Numbered from the stretch's first letter, positions 19,041 to 29,518 are shown. The stretch: DNA of 64,000 bases from Acidobacteriota bacterium (GCA_965248695.1 CBDFKD010000002.1:4512001-4576000); one strand, 5' to 3'. Notes: generated from the letters alone by a model not told the origin. Numbers and translations: made by a program.

Positions 19041-21515
19041 ATGATCTGCGACCCTGCCGTCGGTGACCGAGTAGCCAGCGCGCAGCGCCGGAGGCTTGGC
19101 GGCAAGTGGCTGGTGGCGGCCGGCGTGCTCGCTCTGCTGACGCAACCGACATCGGGGGCGCTGGCACAGGAATCAACGCGGCTCGAGCTGAGTGGCCTCG
19201 ACGAGCGGGTCGAGATCCTCGTCGACCGCTGGGGAATCAGCCACATTTATGCCGAGACCGAGCATGATCTATTCTTCGCACAGGGCTGGAACGCCGCGCG
19301 GGACCGACTGTTTCAACTCGAGCTCTGGCGCCGGCAGGCGACCGGCACCGTGGCCGAGATCCTCGGGCCGCGCGAGCTCGAGCGCGATGTTGGGACAAGG
19401 CTGTTCAAGTTTCGCCGCGATCTGGAACAGGAGCTGAGCCACTACCATCCCAACGGTGTGGCCATCATCGGCGCCTATGTCGACGGCATCAACGCCTACG
19501 TCATGCAGACGCGGCGCGATCCGAGCTTGCTGCCGATCGAGTTCTCGCTGCTCGGCATCACGCCCGGAATCTGGTCGCCGGAGATCGTCATCTCACGCCA
19601 CCAGGGACTCCTCGGCAACATCGGGGCCGAGCTGCGGACCGGCCGACTTGTCGCCCAGCTCGGCGCCGCGGTGGTGATGGATCTCGGTACCTACGGGCCG
19701 GGCGATCCAGTGCTGGAGCTTGACGCGGAAGTCGACGGCGCGGCGCTTGCAGAGGACATTCTCGGCACGTATAACGCTTTCCGTCGGAGTGTGCGTTTTC
19801 GGCCCGAGGACATCGTTGCCGAGCATCGCGGCGACGCCGAGTCGTTCGTGCGGCTCGAGCGCGCAACGGAAGCTTCTGCGACCGCGGTTGCCGCCGAACC
19901 GCAGCTGGACATCGGATCCAACAATTGGGTGGTCAGCGGCGCTCGTTCCGAGAGCGGCTATCCGATCATGGCAAACGATCCCCATCGGGTGCAGGCGGCC
20001 CCGTCGCTGCGCTACTGGGTGCACCTCGTGGCGCCGGGATGGAACGTCATCGGTGGCGGCGAGCCGAGCCTGCCGGGCATCTCGATCGGCCACAACGAAC
20101 ACGGGGCATGGGGACTGACGGTCTTCAGCACCGACGCGGAGGATCTCTACGTCTACGAGACCAATCCGGCCAACCCGGACGAGTATCGCTACCGCGACGG
20201 GTGGGAGCCGATGACCGTGCTGGTAGAGGAGATCGCGGTGAAGGGGCAGGACGCGCATCGCGCCGAGCTCAAGTACACCCGGCACGGCCCGGTGGTCTTC
20301 GAGGACCGGGCGCGCAACCTTGCCTATGCGGTGCGGGCTGGGTGGATGGAAATCGGCGGCTCGCCCTACCTGGCCTCGCTGCGAATGGACCAGGCAACCA
20401 CATGGGAAGAGTTCGTCGAGGCCTGCAATTACTCCAACATTCCGGGCGAGAACATGGTCTGGGCCGGGCGCGACGGTACGATCGGCTGGCAGGCCGTCGG
20501 CATTGCGCCGGTACGCCGGAACTGGAGTGGTCTGGTGCCGGTCCCCGGCGACGGTCGCTACGAATGGGACGGATACCTGCCGATCAAGGCCAAGCCGCGC
20601 GTGGTGAATCCACCCGAGGGCTATTTCGCCACGGCGAACAACGAGCTGATCCCGCGCGACTACGAATACATGGACGCGATTGGCTTCAGATGGTCGGATC
20701 CGTATCGCTGGCTGCGGCTCGTCGAGGTGCTGGGCGGCGGCACGCGCTTCTCGATAGCTGACATGATGCGGTTGCAAACCGACGAGCTGTCGATTCCGGC
20801 CCGACAGCTGGTACCGATGCTCGAGGAGGTGGAAGCCAGCGATCCTCGCGTCGAGAGCGCGCGGCATTCGTTGCTCGAGTGGGACTACGTGATCGACAAG
20901 CGGTCCGCATCAGCCGGTTTGTATGTGGCATGGGAAGCGCAGCTGAGGCGGCATGTTCAAGGCGCGCTGGTGCCCAGTGGGGCATCTCTGGGGCTGTCGA
21001 TGAAGAAGACGATCGATACGATCATGGTGCCGCCAGGGGCGCTCGGAGCCGATCCGTTGCGCGTCCGCGATCGGATCCTCATCACCTCGCTCGAAGCGGC
21101 GGTCGGTGCGCTGACCCAGAAGCTGGGCCCGGATCCGGGTGACTGGACGTACGGGCAGGTCGACTACAAGCACGCGCTGCTGCGCCATCCTCTCGGCACT
21201 GCGGTAAATGAGGCAATGCGGAGACGCCTCGAGGTCGGCCCGCTGCCGCGCGGTGGCTACAGCTACACCGTCAACCAGACCAGCGGCAACGACAACCAGA
21301 GCTCCGGGGCGTCGTTTCGGATCGTCATCGATACCGGTGACTGGGATCGCGGCGTCGGAATGAACACCCCGGGGCAAAGCGGCGATCCCGATTCACCCTT
21401 CTACCGCAACCTTTTCGAAGACTGGGCGAACGACCGTTTCCACCCGGTGTTCTATTCTCGCGATAAGATCGAGGCGGCGACAGCGGTGCGCATCGAGTTG
21501 ACGCCGGGGAGCTAG
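19041..21515 (+). CDS. Penicillin acylase family Ntn-hydrolase (peptidase S45)
   Basis: DRWGISHIYA, FFAQG..AARDRLFQ, autoprocessing site IG|SNNW, ANDPH, TRHGPV, TANN, PGQSG; signal peptide. Confidence 0.92.
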   Translation: MICDPAVGDRVASAQRRRLGGKWLVAAGVLALLTQPTSGALAQESTRLELSGLDERVEILVDRWGISHIYAETEHDLFFAQGWNAARDRLFQLELWRRQATGTVAEILGPRELERDVGTRLFKFRRDLEQELSHYHPNGVAIIGAYVDGINAYVMQTRRDPSLLPIEFSLLGITPGIWSPEIVISRHQGLLGNIGAELRTGRLVAQLGAAVVMDLGTYGPGDPVLELDAEVDGAALAEDILGTYNAFRRSVRFRPEDIVAEHRGDAESFVRLERATEASATAVAAEPQLDIGSNNWVVSGARSESGYPIMANDPHRVQAAPSLRYWVHLVAPGWNVIGGGEPSLPGISIGHNEHGAWGLTVFSTDAEDLYVYETNPANPDEYRYRDGWEPMTVLVEEIAVKGQDAHRAELKYTRHGPVVFEDRARNLAYAVRAGWMEIGGSPYLASLRMDQATTWEEFVEACNYSNIPGENMVWAGRDGTIGWQAVGIAPVRRNWSGLVPVPGDGRYEWDGYLPIKAKPRVVNPPEGYFATANNELIPRDYEYMDAIGFRWSDPYRWLRLVEVLGGGTRFSIADMMRLQTDELSIPARQLVPMLEEVEASDPRVESARHSLLEWDYVIDKRSASAGLYVAWEAQLRRHVQGALVPSGASLGLSMKKTIDTIMVPPGALGADPLRVRDRILITSLEAAVGALTQKLGPDPGDWTYGQVDYKHALLRHPLGTAVNEAMRRRLEVGPLPRGGYSYTVNQTSGNDNQSSGASFRIVIDTGDWDRGVGMNTPGQSGDPDSPFYRNLFEDWANDRFHPVFYSRDKIEAATAVRIELTPGS

Positions 21516-21565
21516 GAAACCTGCGGCTCTGGGAACCGGATCCGGGCTGCTAATCAAGGAGCGAG

Positions 21566-22027
21566 ATGATGAAGCGAGTGCTTTACGGTGCTGCGGCAGT
21601 GGGCCTGGTTATGGTGGGGGCCGTTGGCGCGCTGGTGGCGACAGCGGCCGAGGATGTCATCCGGCCGGCGGAGTTGACCGCCGCACAGATCGCCGGCGGC
21701 ATCTTCGACCACCCGGAGATCGTGGTGACGACTCGCGGGGATCGAACCACCCACGACTTCACCGCTCACCTGAGCAGCGACAAGAAGTTCATCAGCGGCA
21801 TGTACCGCGCTACCGAAGGGCATTGGACCTACGACGACGAGCCCTACGGCGTCGACGAGTTCATGTATTTCACCGAGGGGAGCGTCACGCTGACTTCGGT
21901 AGACGGAATGGTGCAGGTGATCGAAGCCGGCGAGTCAGCGACCATTCCGAAGGAGTGGAAGGGCACCTGGGACACCCAGGGTTACAGCAAGATCTACGTT
22001 ATCTACTCGGCCGACGGAGTCGAATAG
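21566..22027 (+). CDS. Secreted cupin (DUF861/EutQ-like cupin_3)
   Basis: Signal peptide; DEFMYFTEGSVTL...GESATIPKEWKGTW...KIYVI; AAGGAG RBS. Confidence 0.78.
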   Translation: MMKRVLYGAAAVGLVMVGAVGALVATAAEDVIRPAELTAAQIAGGIFDHPEIVVTTRGDRTTHDFTAHLSSDKKFISGMYRATEGHWTYDDEPYGVDEFMYFTEGSVTLTSVDGMVQVIEAGESATIPKEWKGTWDTQGYSKIYVIYSADGVE

Positions 22028-22073
22028 CGAAGCATTGAGGCGCCGATTACGCTGACGAGCTTCAGTCAGGGGG

Positions 22074-23183
22074 TTAGTCGTTCGCCGCGTCCAGATAGAT
22101 GTCGATGGTCGGGTCGACGTAGTCGTCGCTGTCGAAGTCACCGCGGTTCGATAGCAGGATGACGGTCAACCCGATCTCGGGATGGCGCGCGATGTGAGTG
22201 CGGAAGCCCACCCAGCTGCCGCCGTGCGAGATGCGCCGGTGGCCGCGATACTGGCCGATGACGAAGCCGAAGCCGTACCCGGTGTCCTCGCCGTTGTTGA
22301 GCTTGGCGGAAGTGAACGCCGCCTCGAGGGTGGCGGTGCTGACCAACAGCTCCGTGTACAGGGCTTGGTCCCACTCGTAGAGATCCTCGAGGGTGGAGAA
22401 CATGCTGCCCGAGCCCACGATGCCGTTGAGTGCGTGTTGGTCGTTCTCCACGTATCCGTCGCCAGCGGGATCGTAGCCGACGACACGGCGGGCAATATCG
22501 GGACCGGTGTGATCGTGAATCAGCGAGTCGCCCATCCCGAGCGGCGCGAAGATACGCTGCCGCATGAAGTCGGCGAAACCCATCCCTGACGCTGCCTCGA
22601 CCAGCGGTGCGAGCATGTCGTAGCCCGGGTTGCTGTATGAATAGCGCTCGCCCGGCGGAAACACGGGCTCGCCTTTGCTCGCCAGCTGCGCCAACGCATC
22701 GGCATTGGATGGCATCCCGGACGAGGTGTCGATGTCGTCGTAGTACTCCGGTAGGCCCCCCTGATGTACCAGGAGATGCCGGATCGTGATGCCCTCGCCG
22801 TAGCGGGCGAGCTCCGGCAGGTGGCGTGAGATCGGGTCGTCGTATTCCAGGTCGCCGCTCTCCGCCAGCGACATGATCGCCATGGCGGTGAACTGCTTCG
22901 AAAAAGAGCCGAGTCGAAATGTCGAATCGGGACCGATCGGGACCCGATGTTCGATCTCCGCATAGCCATAGCCGGCGCTGTGGACAACGACTCCGTCGCG
23001 GATGACCATGACGGCGACCCCGGGCTGAACGCCCTCGGTGAAGTGGGCGAACAGCTCGTCCACGCGCGCAGCGGGGTCGTCGGCCGGAGCCTCGACCGCG
23101 GGTGCGGCGCGACAAGCAACCAGCAGACACGACAGCAGAATCGCGGTCCACGGCACAATGCGCCGGCTGGTCGCGCTACGCAT
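22074..23183 (-). CDS. Serine hydrolase, beta-lactamase/D-aminopeptidase family lipoprotein
   Basis: Lipobox LVAC; SxxK in FRLGSFSKQFTA; YSN; HGG. Start overlaps the kamA stop by 8 bp. Confidence 0.88.
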   Translation of the reverse strand: MRSATSRRIVPWTAILLSCLLVACRAAPAVEAPADDPAARVDELFAHFTEGVQPGVAVMVIRDGVVVHSAGYGYAEIEHRVPIGPDSTFRLGSFSKQFTAMAIMSLAESGDLEYDDPISRHLPELARYGEGITIRHLLVHQGGLPEYYDDIDTSSGMPSNADALAQLASKGEPVFPPGERYSYSNPGYDMLAPLVEAASGMGFADFMRQRIFAPLGMGDSLIHDHTGPDIARRVVGYDPAGDGYVENDQHALNGIVGSGSMFSTLEDLYEWDQALYTELLVSTATLEAAFTSAKLNNGEDTGYGFGFVIGQYRGHRRISHGGSWVGFRTHIARHPEIGLTVILLSNRGDFDSDDYVDPTIDIYLDAAND

Positions 23184-24576
23184 GCTGTCCACGGTTGGCA
23201 CCGGCGGCCTCGATGGCGGCGTGGACCATGCGGTCCTGCTCGGCCGGATCGGCCCAGCGTCGCTGGCTGTCGACCGGCAGGGTGGCGATCGGATCGAAGT
23301 AGAGGAAGGTGCCCTCCTTGACCGACGGCGCAGTGTAGACGCTGATGCCGGTCTCCGGGTCGTAGTGCTCGTAGGAATGGATATCGCGCTTGCCGCCGCC
23401 TCCCGGCGCGTCGACAACCACGGTAGGCGTGTTGAATCCGGCCGTGACGCCACGGACGTGTTTCTCCACCGCGACGCCGGTTGCGACGCTGGTACGTAGG
23501 TCCTCGACGCCCTTCACGAGGTCGTGCATGTAGACATAGTACGGATGCACGTTGATGTAGCTGAGCCGTTTGACCAGCCGCTGCATGGTGACGACCTTGT
23601 CGTTCACCCCGCGCTGCATGACGCTCTGGTTGCGCGACGTGATACCGCGCTCGAACAGCACGTTCATGGCGTCGTGCGTGATGCCGGTGATCTCGTGGCC
23701 GGTGTTGAAATGAGTATGCAGCACCACTTCCTTGCCAAGCTGCCGGCCGCGCGCATGCACCGCGGTGAGCGCATCGACCCACTCGTGGTCGGTCAGCAGC
23801 TTCTGCGGCATGACCGCCGGACCCTTGGTGGCGAATCTCATGCGGCGAATCTGATCGATCTCGAGGAGCGCCATGCCGATGGTTCGGATCTGCTCGGCCC
23901 GTAGGTTGTACGCATCGCCGCCGGAAATGACGATGTCCTCGAGCTCAGGGCGCGAGCGCACGTACTCGAACATGCGCTCCCAGCGCTCGGCATTGACCTT
24001 GAGCTGAACCTTCTCGACCTCTTCGGTGTCGATTCCGACGGCGTAGCTTCGGGTGCAGAACCGGCAGTACACCGGGCAGGTGTCGAGGGCGAGAAACAGG
24101 GCCTTGTCGGGATACCGGTGCGTCAGGCCGGGTACCGGTGCGTCGGCCTGCTCGTGTAGCGAATCGAGCTCCAGCTTCGGGTGGTCGGGCAATAGTCGCG
24201 AGCCGACCGGAATGAACTGGATGCGCAGCGGATCCTCGTAGGGGTCCTCCCAGTTGATCAGGCTTAGCAGGTACGGAGAGACGCGTACGCTCATCGGCGA
24301 GTGCTCGAAACCGCGGCGCACGTCCTCGATGAAGGTGTCGTCCACTAGCCCGCTGATCGCCGCCAGCAGCTTCTTCGGGGTCGTGATCGAGTTCTTGGCC
24401 TGCCAAAGGTGGTCGAGGAACACGCCCTCGGAGACGTCACCATAGGCCGGGATGCGGTGCCAGAACTCACCACGCACGAGATCGCGATGACCCAACGAAG
24501 CAGGGTCGACCGGGCCTTTGATGTGCGGCGCGGTGACGTCCAGGTCGACGGTCTCGAGGTTGCCGGACATGCTCAT
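23176..24576 (-). CDS. kamA: Lysine 2,3-aminomutase (KamA family radical SAM/PLP)
   Basis: LTHRYPDK, CPVYCRFCTR (CxxxCxxC), ISGGD, PYYVYMHD, DAPGGGGK (PLP Lys). Both acidic residues that bind the lysine side chain are retained. Confidence 0.88.
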   Translation of the reverse strand: MSMSGNLETVDLDVTAPHIKGPVDPASLGHRDLVRGEFWHRIPAYGDVSEGVFLDHLWQAKNSITTPKKLLAAISGLVDDTFIEDVRRGFEHSPMSVRVSPYLLSLINWEDPYEDPLRIQFIPVGSRLLPDHPKLELDSLHEQADAPVPGLTHRYPDKALFLALDTCPVYCRFCTRSYAVGIDTEEVEKVQLKVNAERWERMFEYVRSRPELEDIVISGGDAYNLRAEQIRTIGMALLEIDQIRRMRFATKGPAVMPQKLLTDHEWVDALTAVHARGRQLGKEVVLHTHFNTGHEITGITHDAMNVLFERGITSRNQSVMQRGVNDKVVTMQRLVKRLSYINVHPYYVYMHDLVKGVEDLRTSVATGVAVEKHVRGVTAGFNTPTVVVDAPGGGGKRDIHSYEHYDPETGISVYTAPSVKEGTFLYFDPIATLPVDSQRRWADPAEQDRMVHAAIEAAGANRGQHA

Positions 24577-24666
24577 GATCCTTGCTTCACCAGGGTAGAT
24601 GGGGCCAACTTGCACGCCCGCCGGGCGCACGATCGCGCTATCGACGGGAGACGTCTGGCTGGTGAA

Positions 24667-24690
24667 GAATGTTGCGGTTGAACCACATTC
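24667..24690. promoter_or_regulatory. Candidate operator (GAATGT-N12-ACATTC) in the divergent kamA/ALDH intergenic region
   Basis: Perfect 6-bp inverted repeat with AT-richer arms between two divergent starts. No cognate regulator in the window. Confidence 0.25.
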
Positions 24691-24914
24691 CGGATCACAG
24701 AAGGTCTGCAGCACGGTACGAGATCGGCTGCTTGTTGCCGGCGTCCAGACCGGACCGTGGCCGATGGCTCATCTTCGCACCGCAGCACGCACGCCGGCAA
24801 CTGCGGTGCGTTTCTCCGTCTCGGCGGGTCGTTTTGCGGCGGCCTGGCTGCAGGAATACGATGTCGCTTGACTTGCTCCCGTGATCCAGCGATCCACCCC
24901 GAGAGGCGACACAG

Positions 24915-26474
24915 ATGGCCGAAGGTTTCCGCGTCACCTACGCGACGCTCGCCGCAGATCCGAACATGCACGCCGACTACGATCGCGGCATCGAAGAGGC
25001 TCGGACGTGGCTGGGGCAACGGCACGCGTTCTATGTGAACGGCGACGCTCGTGAGGGCAACGGCTGGCACACCGAAGTGTCTCCGATCGACGAACAGATC
25101 GTGATCGGCGAGTTCGCCAGGGCGACGCCGCAAGACGTTCTCGACGCTGTCGCTGCAGCCAAGGACTACGCGCCGGCCTGGGACGCCCTCGGGTACGAGA
25201 AGCGCGCCGAGATTCTCGACCGCGCCGCCGGGATTATCGAAGAGCGGCGCTACATGATGTCGGCGCTGATGGCGATGGAGGTCGGGAAGAACCGCCTCGA
25301 AGCCGTTGGCGATGTACAGGAGTCGGCCGACCTCATCCGTTGGAATACCCACGCGATGATCCAAGCGAAAGGGTTCCGCGTGCCGATGCAACCACTAGGC
25401 GAGGCCGGCGACTACTACGACATCATGCGTCCGTACGGTGTGTGGGGGGTTATCAGCCCGTTCAACTTCCCGATGGCCCTGGCCGCGGGCCCGTCGTCGG
25501 CAGCGCTGGCGGCCGGCAACACGGTGGTGTTCAAGCCCGCGTCGCAGGGGGCCGCCATCGGGCACATGGTCTACGAGGCCTACCGTGACGCCGGCATGCC
25601 GCCCGGCGCGTTCCACCTGGTGTCCGGATCGGGGGAGGTCGTCGGGGACGGCATTGCCACCAACCCAGACGTCGACGGACTCACCTTTACGGGTTCCTAT
25701 GAGGTCGGTATGAAGGTCTACCGGGAGTTCGCCCGCGACTACCCGAAACCGGTGATCTGCGAGATGGGCGGCAAGAACCCAGCGATCGTCACCAAACATG
25801 CCAATCTCGACAAGGCGACCGACGGCGTGTGGCGCAGCGCCTTCGGTCTTCAGGGTCAGAAATGCTCCGCCAACTCGCGGGTGTACGTGGAGCGCGAGCT
25901 GTACGACGATTTCGTTGCTCAGCTGAAGGAGAAAACCGAGACCCTGGTGGTCGGCAACCCTCTGGAACAGGGGGTCTTTATGGGACCGGTAATCAATCAG
26001 GCCGCGGTCGACACCTTCCGGGAGGCGGCCGCGGAAGCCAAGCGCGCCGGCGACGTGATTGCCGGCGGCGAGGTGATCACCGAGGGCGACATGGCGCGCG
26101 GCAACTTCGTCCAACCAACGGTGGTACACGTGCCGCGCGACTCATGGTTGTGGAAACGCGAACTGTTCGTGCCGTTCGTGGCTGTGGATGCGGTGGACTC
26201 GCTGGACGAGGCACTGGAGCGCGCCAACGACACGGAATACGGCCTTACAGCAGGGCTCTTCAGCGAGGATCCGGCCGAGATCGACCGCTTCTGCAGCGAG
26301 ATCGAAGCCGGAGTCATCTACATTAACCGCGCTTCGGGTGCCACCACCGGCGCCTGGCCGGGCGCTCAACCGTTCGGTGGCTGGAAGGGATCGGGGACGA
26401 TGGGCAAGGCGGCTGGGGGCCCCTACTACGTCCTTCAGTACATGCGGGAGCAATCCAGGACGGTCATCGCATGA
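24915..26474 (+). CDS. Aldehyde dehydrogenase, 1-pyrroline-5-carboxylate dehydrogenase-like
   Basis: VISPFNFP, FTGS, EMGGKN, SAFGLQGQKCSANSR, YGLTAG and QPFGGWKGSG are signatures of the P5CDH subfamily. Confidence 0.88.
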   Translation: MAEGFRVTYATLAADPNMHADYDRGIEEARTWLGQRHAFYVNGDAREGNGWHTEVSPIDEQIVIGEFARATPQDVLDAVAAAKDYAPAWDALGYEKRAEILDRAAGIIEERRYMMSALMAMEVGKNRLEAVGDVQESADLIRWNTHAMIQAKGFRVPMQPLGEAGDYYDIMRPYGVWGVISPFNFPMALAAGPSSAALAAGNTVVFKPASQGAAIGHMVYEAYRDAGMPPGAFHLVSGSGEVVGDGIATNPDVDGLTFTGSYEVGMKVYREFARDYPKPVICEMGGKNPAIVTKHANLDKATDGVWRSAFGLQGQKCSANSRVYVERELYDDFVAQLKEKTETLVVGNPLEQGVFMGPVINQAAVDTFREAAAEAKRAGDVIAGGEVITEGDMARGNFVQPTVVHVPRDSWLWKRELFVPFVAVDAVDSLDEALERANDTEYGLTAGLFSEDPAEIDRFCSEIEAGVIYINRASGATTGAWPGAQPFGGWKGSGTMGKAAGGPYYVLQYMREQSRTVIA

Positions 26475-27811
26475 GCAGCATCGAGCTTTCCATCGCCGAC
26501 CTCGCTGCGGCATCGGCACCGCATATTGTCGTCGAGCCCCCTGGCCCGCGGGCGCAGGCGATCGTCGAACGGGATCGGCGCGTGACGTCGCCATCGTTGC
26601 CGCGCGCCTATCCGTTTGCGCCGCGCCGCGGTAGCGGCTCGGTGATCGAGGACGTCGACGGCAACCTGTTTCTCGACCTCAACGCCGGTATCGCCGTCAA
26701 TGCCACCGGCCACTCGCATCCGGCCGTGGTCGAGGCGATTCAGAGGCAGGCAGCCGAATTGCTCCACTACTCGGCATCGGATTTCTTCCTGCCGGTGTAC
26801 TCGGAGGTGTGTCAGCGGCTCGACGAGATCTCGCCGTTCTCTGGACCGGCGCGCGCGTTCCTGACCAACTCGGGCACCGAGGCCGTCGAGGCGGCGCTCA
26901 AGCTGGCCCGGTACGTCACCGGACGGCAGAACGCGATCGCGTTTTACGGCGCGTTTCACGGACGCTCCTACGGCAGCGTGTCGTTGACCGCATCGAAGGC
27001 TAAGTACCATCGCGGCTTCGGACCCCTGCTCCCCGGCGTGTACCACGCACCGTACGGCGACGGCTACGGGTGGGGTCTCGATCTGGCGGATGTCGAGGGC
27101 GGGTTGGCGAGCATCGATTACATCGAAAAAGTGCTCTTCAAGCACGTCCTGGCCGCCGACGAAGTAGCGGCGATCTTCGTCGAGCCGGTGCAGGGCGAGG
27201 GCGGCTATATCGTCCCGCCGCAGGAGTTCTTTACCGAGTTGCGGCGCCTGTGCGACGAGCACGGCATCCTCCTGGTGGTCGACGAGGTGCAGTCGGGTAT
27301 GGGCCGCACTGGCAAGACCTGGGCCGTCGAGCATTTCGGTGTCGAGCCCGACGTGCTCGTCGCCGGCAAGGGCATCGCCAGTGGCATGCCCCTCGGCGCG
27401 ATGATGGCGCGCGATGAGCTGATGACCTGGGAGGTCGGCTCGCATGGCTCGACCTACGGTGGCTCGCCGACACCCTGCGCGGCGGCGCTCGCGACCATCG
27501 ATCTGATCGAGAACGGTCTCAAGCAGAATGCCGCCGAGGTCGGCACGTACCTCCTGGACGGTTTGCGCGAGCTGCAGACGAGGCGCGCGATGATCCGTGA
27601 CGTGCGCGGCTTTGGCCTCATGATCGGTGTCGAGTTCCCGAACCACGAGGTGATGGCGCAAATAGAGCAGGAGGCGTTCAAGCGCGGCCTGCTGATGCTC
27701 GGCTGCGGCGACAACGTGATTCGCATCGCGCCGCCGCTGGTGTTCACGCGCGAACAGGTCGACCGGGGGCTCGAGGTGTTCGACGAGGTTCTCGGCACCG
27801 TCGACGGATAG
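26471..27811 (+). CDS. Class III omega-aminotransferase (4-aminobutyrate/ornithine/lysine type)
   Basis: DVDGNLFLD, NSGTEAVEAA, FHGRS, EPVQGEGGY, DEVQSGMGRTG, AGKG; ATGA overlap with the ALDH. Confidence 0.9.
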   Translation: MSSIELSIADLAAASAPHIVVEPPGPRAQAIVERDRRVTSPSLPRAYPFAPRRGSGSVIEDVDGNLFLDLNAGIAVNATGHSHPAVVEAIQRQAAELLHYSASDFFLPVYSEVCQRLDEISPFSGPARAFLTNSGTEAVEAALKLARYVTGRQNAIAFYGAFHGRSYGSVSLTASKAKYHRGFGPLLPGVYHAPYGDGYGWGLDLADVEGGLASIDYIEKVLFKHVLAADEVAAIFVEPVQGEGGYIVPPQEFFTELRRLCDEHGILLVVDEVQSGMGRTGKTWAVEHFGVEPDVLVAGKGIASGMPLGAMMARDELMTWEVGSHGSTYGGSPTPCAAALATIDLIENGLKQNAAEVGTYLLDGLRELQTRRAMIRDVRGFGLMIGVEFPNHEVMAQIEQEAFKRGLLMLGCGDNVIRIAPPLVFTREQVDRGLEVFDEVLGTVDG

Positions 27812-27821
27812 GAGCGTTGCG

Positions 27822-28739
27822 GTGAGCAAGGTCGTCTCGATGCAGCAGGCCGTGCGCGAGCTGGTGTGCGATGGCGACACGGTGGCGATCGAGGGGTTCA
27901 CACACCTGATCTGCTTCGCTGCCGGTCACGAGATCATCCGCCAACGCAAGCGCGATTTGACGCTGGCGCGTATGACTCCCGACTTGATCTACGACCAGAT
28001 GATCGGTGCCGGCGTGGCCACCAAGCTGATCTTCTCGTGGCTGGGGAACCCGGGCGTCGGTTCACTGCACGCGGTCCGACGGCGCGTGGAGACGGGCTTC
28101 CCGGCGCCGCTCGCGATCGAAGAGTACAGCCATTACGGCATGGTGTGCCGGTACATGGCCGGGGCCTCGCGTTTGCCGTTCATGCCGCTGCGCTCGTACG
28201 AGGAATCCGATATTCCGGCGGTGAATGATCAGATCCGCTGGCTGGACGACCCCTTCGGCAGCGGCAGGATTGCGGTTGTGCCGCCGCTCAACGCCGACGT
28301 GGCCATCATCCACGCGCAGCGCGCCGACGCGGAGGGCAACGCCCAGATCTGGGGGCTGCTCGGCTGTCAGAAGGAGGCCGCGTTCGGCGCCAGGCGGGTC
28401 ATCCTGGTGGTCGAGGAACTCGTCGGTGAGGACGTCGTACGCCAGGACCCGAATCGGACGATGATCCCCGGCATCAAGGTGGACGCCGTGGTGGTGGAGC
28501 CGTTCGGCTGCCACCCGTCGTACGTACAGGGACATTACGACCGGGACAACGATTTCTACGTCAAGTGGGACGCCATCGCGCGCCATCCCGATGACCTCGA
28601 CACGTGGCTCCGCGACTACGTCTACGACCTGTCGTGCCATGCCGACTACGTGGACAAGTTCGGGACCGCCTACTGGGAGCGCCTGCAGCCGACCGGTCCG
28701 GCGCTATCAGGTGAGGTGGATTACGGAGAGTACGCATGA
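27822..28739 (+). CDS. gctA: Family I CoA-transferase subunit A (glutaconate CoA-transferase/CatI type)
   Basis: EGFTHLI.FAAGHEIIRQ, RMTPDLIYDQMIG, SWLGNPGVGSLH, IHAQRAD..GN, HPSYVQGHYDRD. Symbol is family-level only. Confidence 0.85.
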   Translation: MSKVVSMQQAVRELVCDGDTVAIEGFTHLICFAAGHEIIRQRKRDLTLARMTPDLIYDQMIGAGVATKLIFSWLGNPGVGSLHAVRRRVETGFPAPLAIEEYSHYGMVCRYMAGASRLPFMPLRSYEESDIPAVNDQIRWLDDPFGSGRIAVVPPLNADVAIIHAQRADAEGNAQIWGLLGCQKEAAFGARRVILVVEELVGEDVVRQDPNRTMIPGIKVDAVVVEPFGCHPSYVQGHYDRDNDFYVKWDAIARHPDDLDTWLRDYVYDLSCHADYVDKFGTAYWERLQPTGPALSGEVDYGEYA

Positions 28740-29518
28740 GCAGCGGCTCGCCGGATCTCGGGTTCACCCGCAAGGAGATGATGATCGTCCAGTCGGCGCG
28801 CGCGCTCGCGGGCGAGAAGATCTGCTTTGTCGGTGTGGGTATGCCGAACATTGCCGTGAACCTCGCCAAGCGCACCGTGTCGCCCGATATCCAGATGGTC
28901 TACGAGGCCGGCGTCTTCGGCGCGGCTCCGGCGCGCTTGCCCTTGTCGATCGGCGACCCGACGCTGGTTACCGGCGCGATTGCGGCCACCAGCATGTTCG
29001 AGCTCTTCGCCTACTACTTGCAGGCCGGCCTCATCGACGTGGGGTTCCTGCAGGGGGCGCAGATCGACCGCTACGGCAACCTGAACACAACCACCATCGG
29101 TGATTACGATAGCCCGAAGGTTCGGCTGCCAGGGTCGGGGGGCGCTTGCGAGATTGCCATCAACGCGCGCCGCATCTTCATCATCATGCCGCAAAAGCGG
29201 CGCTCGTTTGTCGAGCAGCTCAGCTTCCAGACGTCACCGGGACACAATCCCGATCCGAGCGCGAAGCGCAGCAGTGGCTGGCTCGGAACCGGGCCACAGG
29301 TGGTGATCACGGATCTCGCCGAATACGGGTTCGCCGAGCGCACCGGCGAGATGACGCTGCGGTCGCTTCACCCGGGCGTGTCGCTGGATGAAGTTCTCGA
29401 CAACACCAGCTGGCAGCTCAAAGTGGCTGATGATGTCGGCAGCACGCCAGTGCCGACCGCCGAGGAGCTCCGCTTGATTCGCGAGGAGCTCGATCGCGAG
29501 GGCCGCTACTCGCGATGA
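28736..29518 (+). CDS. gctB: Family I CoA-transferase subunit B (GctB/CatJ type)
   Basis: FVGVGMP, catalytic Glu in MVYEAG, LPLSIGD, GFLQGAQIDRYGNLNTT, RLPGSGGA; ATGA overlap. Symbol is family-level only. Confidence 0.85.
   Translation: MSSGSPDLGFTRKEMMIVQSARALAGEKICFVGVGMPNIAVNLAKRTVSPDIQMVYEAGVFGAAPARLPLSIGDPTLVTGAIAATSMFELFAYYLQAGLIDVGFLQGAQIDRYGNLNTTTIGDYDSPKVRLPGSGGACEIAINARRIFIIMPQKRRSFVEQLSFQTSPGHNPDPSAKRSSGWLGTGPQVVITDLAEYGFAERTGEMTLRSLHPGVSLDEVLDNTSWQLKVADDVGSTPVPTAEELRLIREELDREGRYSR

Noticed and set aside
22074-23183. Antibiotic-resistance beta-lactamases (also the MBL-fold genes at 18053 and 61696)
   Set aside because: Motifs fit generic serine hydrolase (HGG rather than KTG) and cyclase-like MBL families, and there is no mobile context.
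23176-24576. EpmB (EF-P modification) or glutamate 2,3-aminomutase
   Set aside because: No efp/epmA is adjacent, the protein is longer than EpmB, and it keeps the lysine-type Asp residues.
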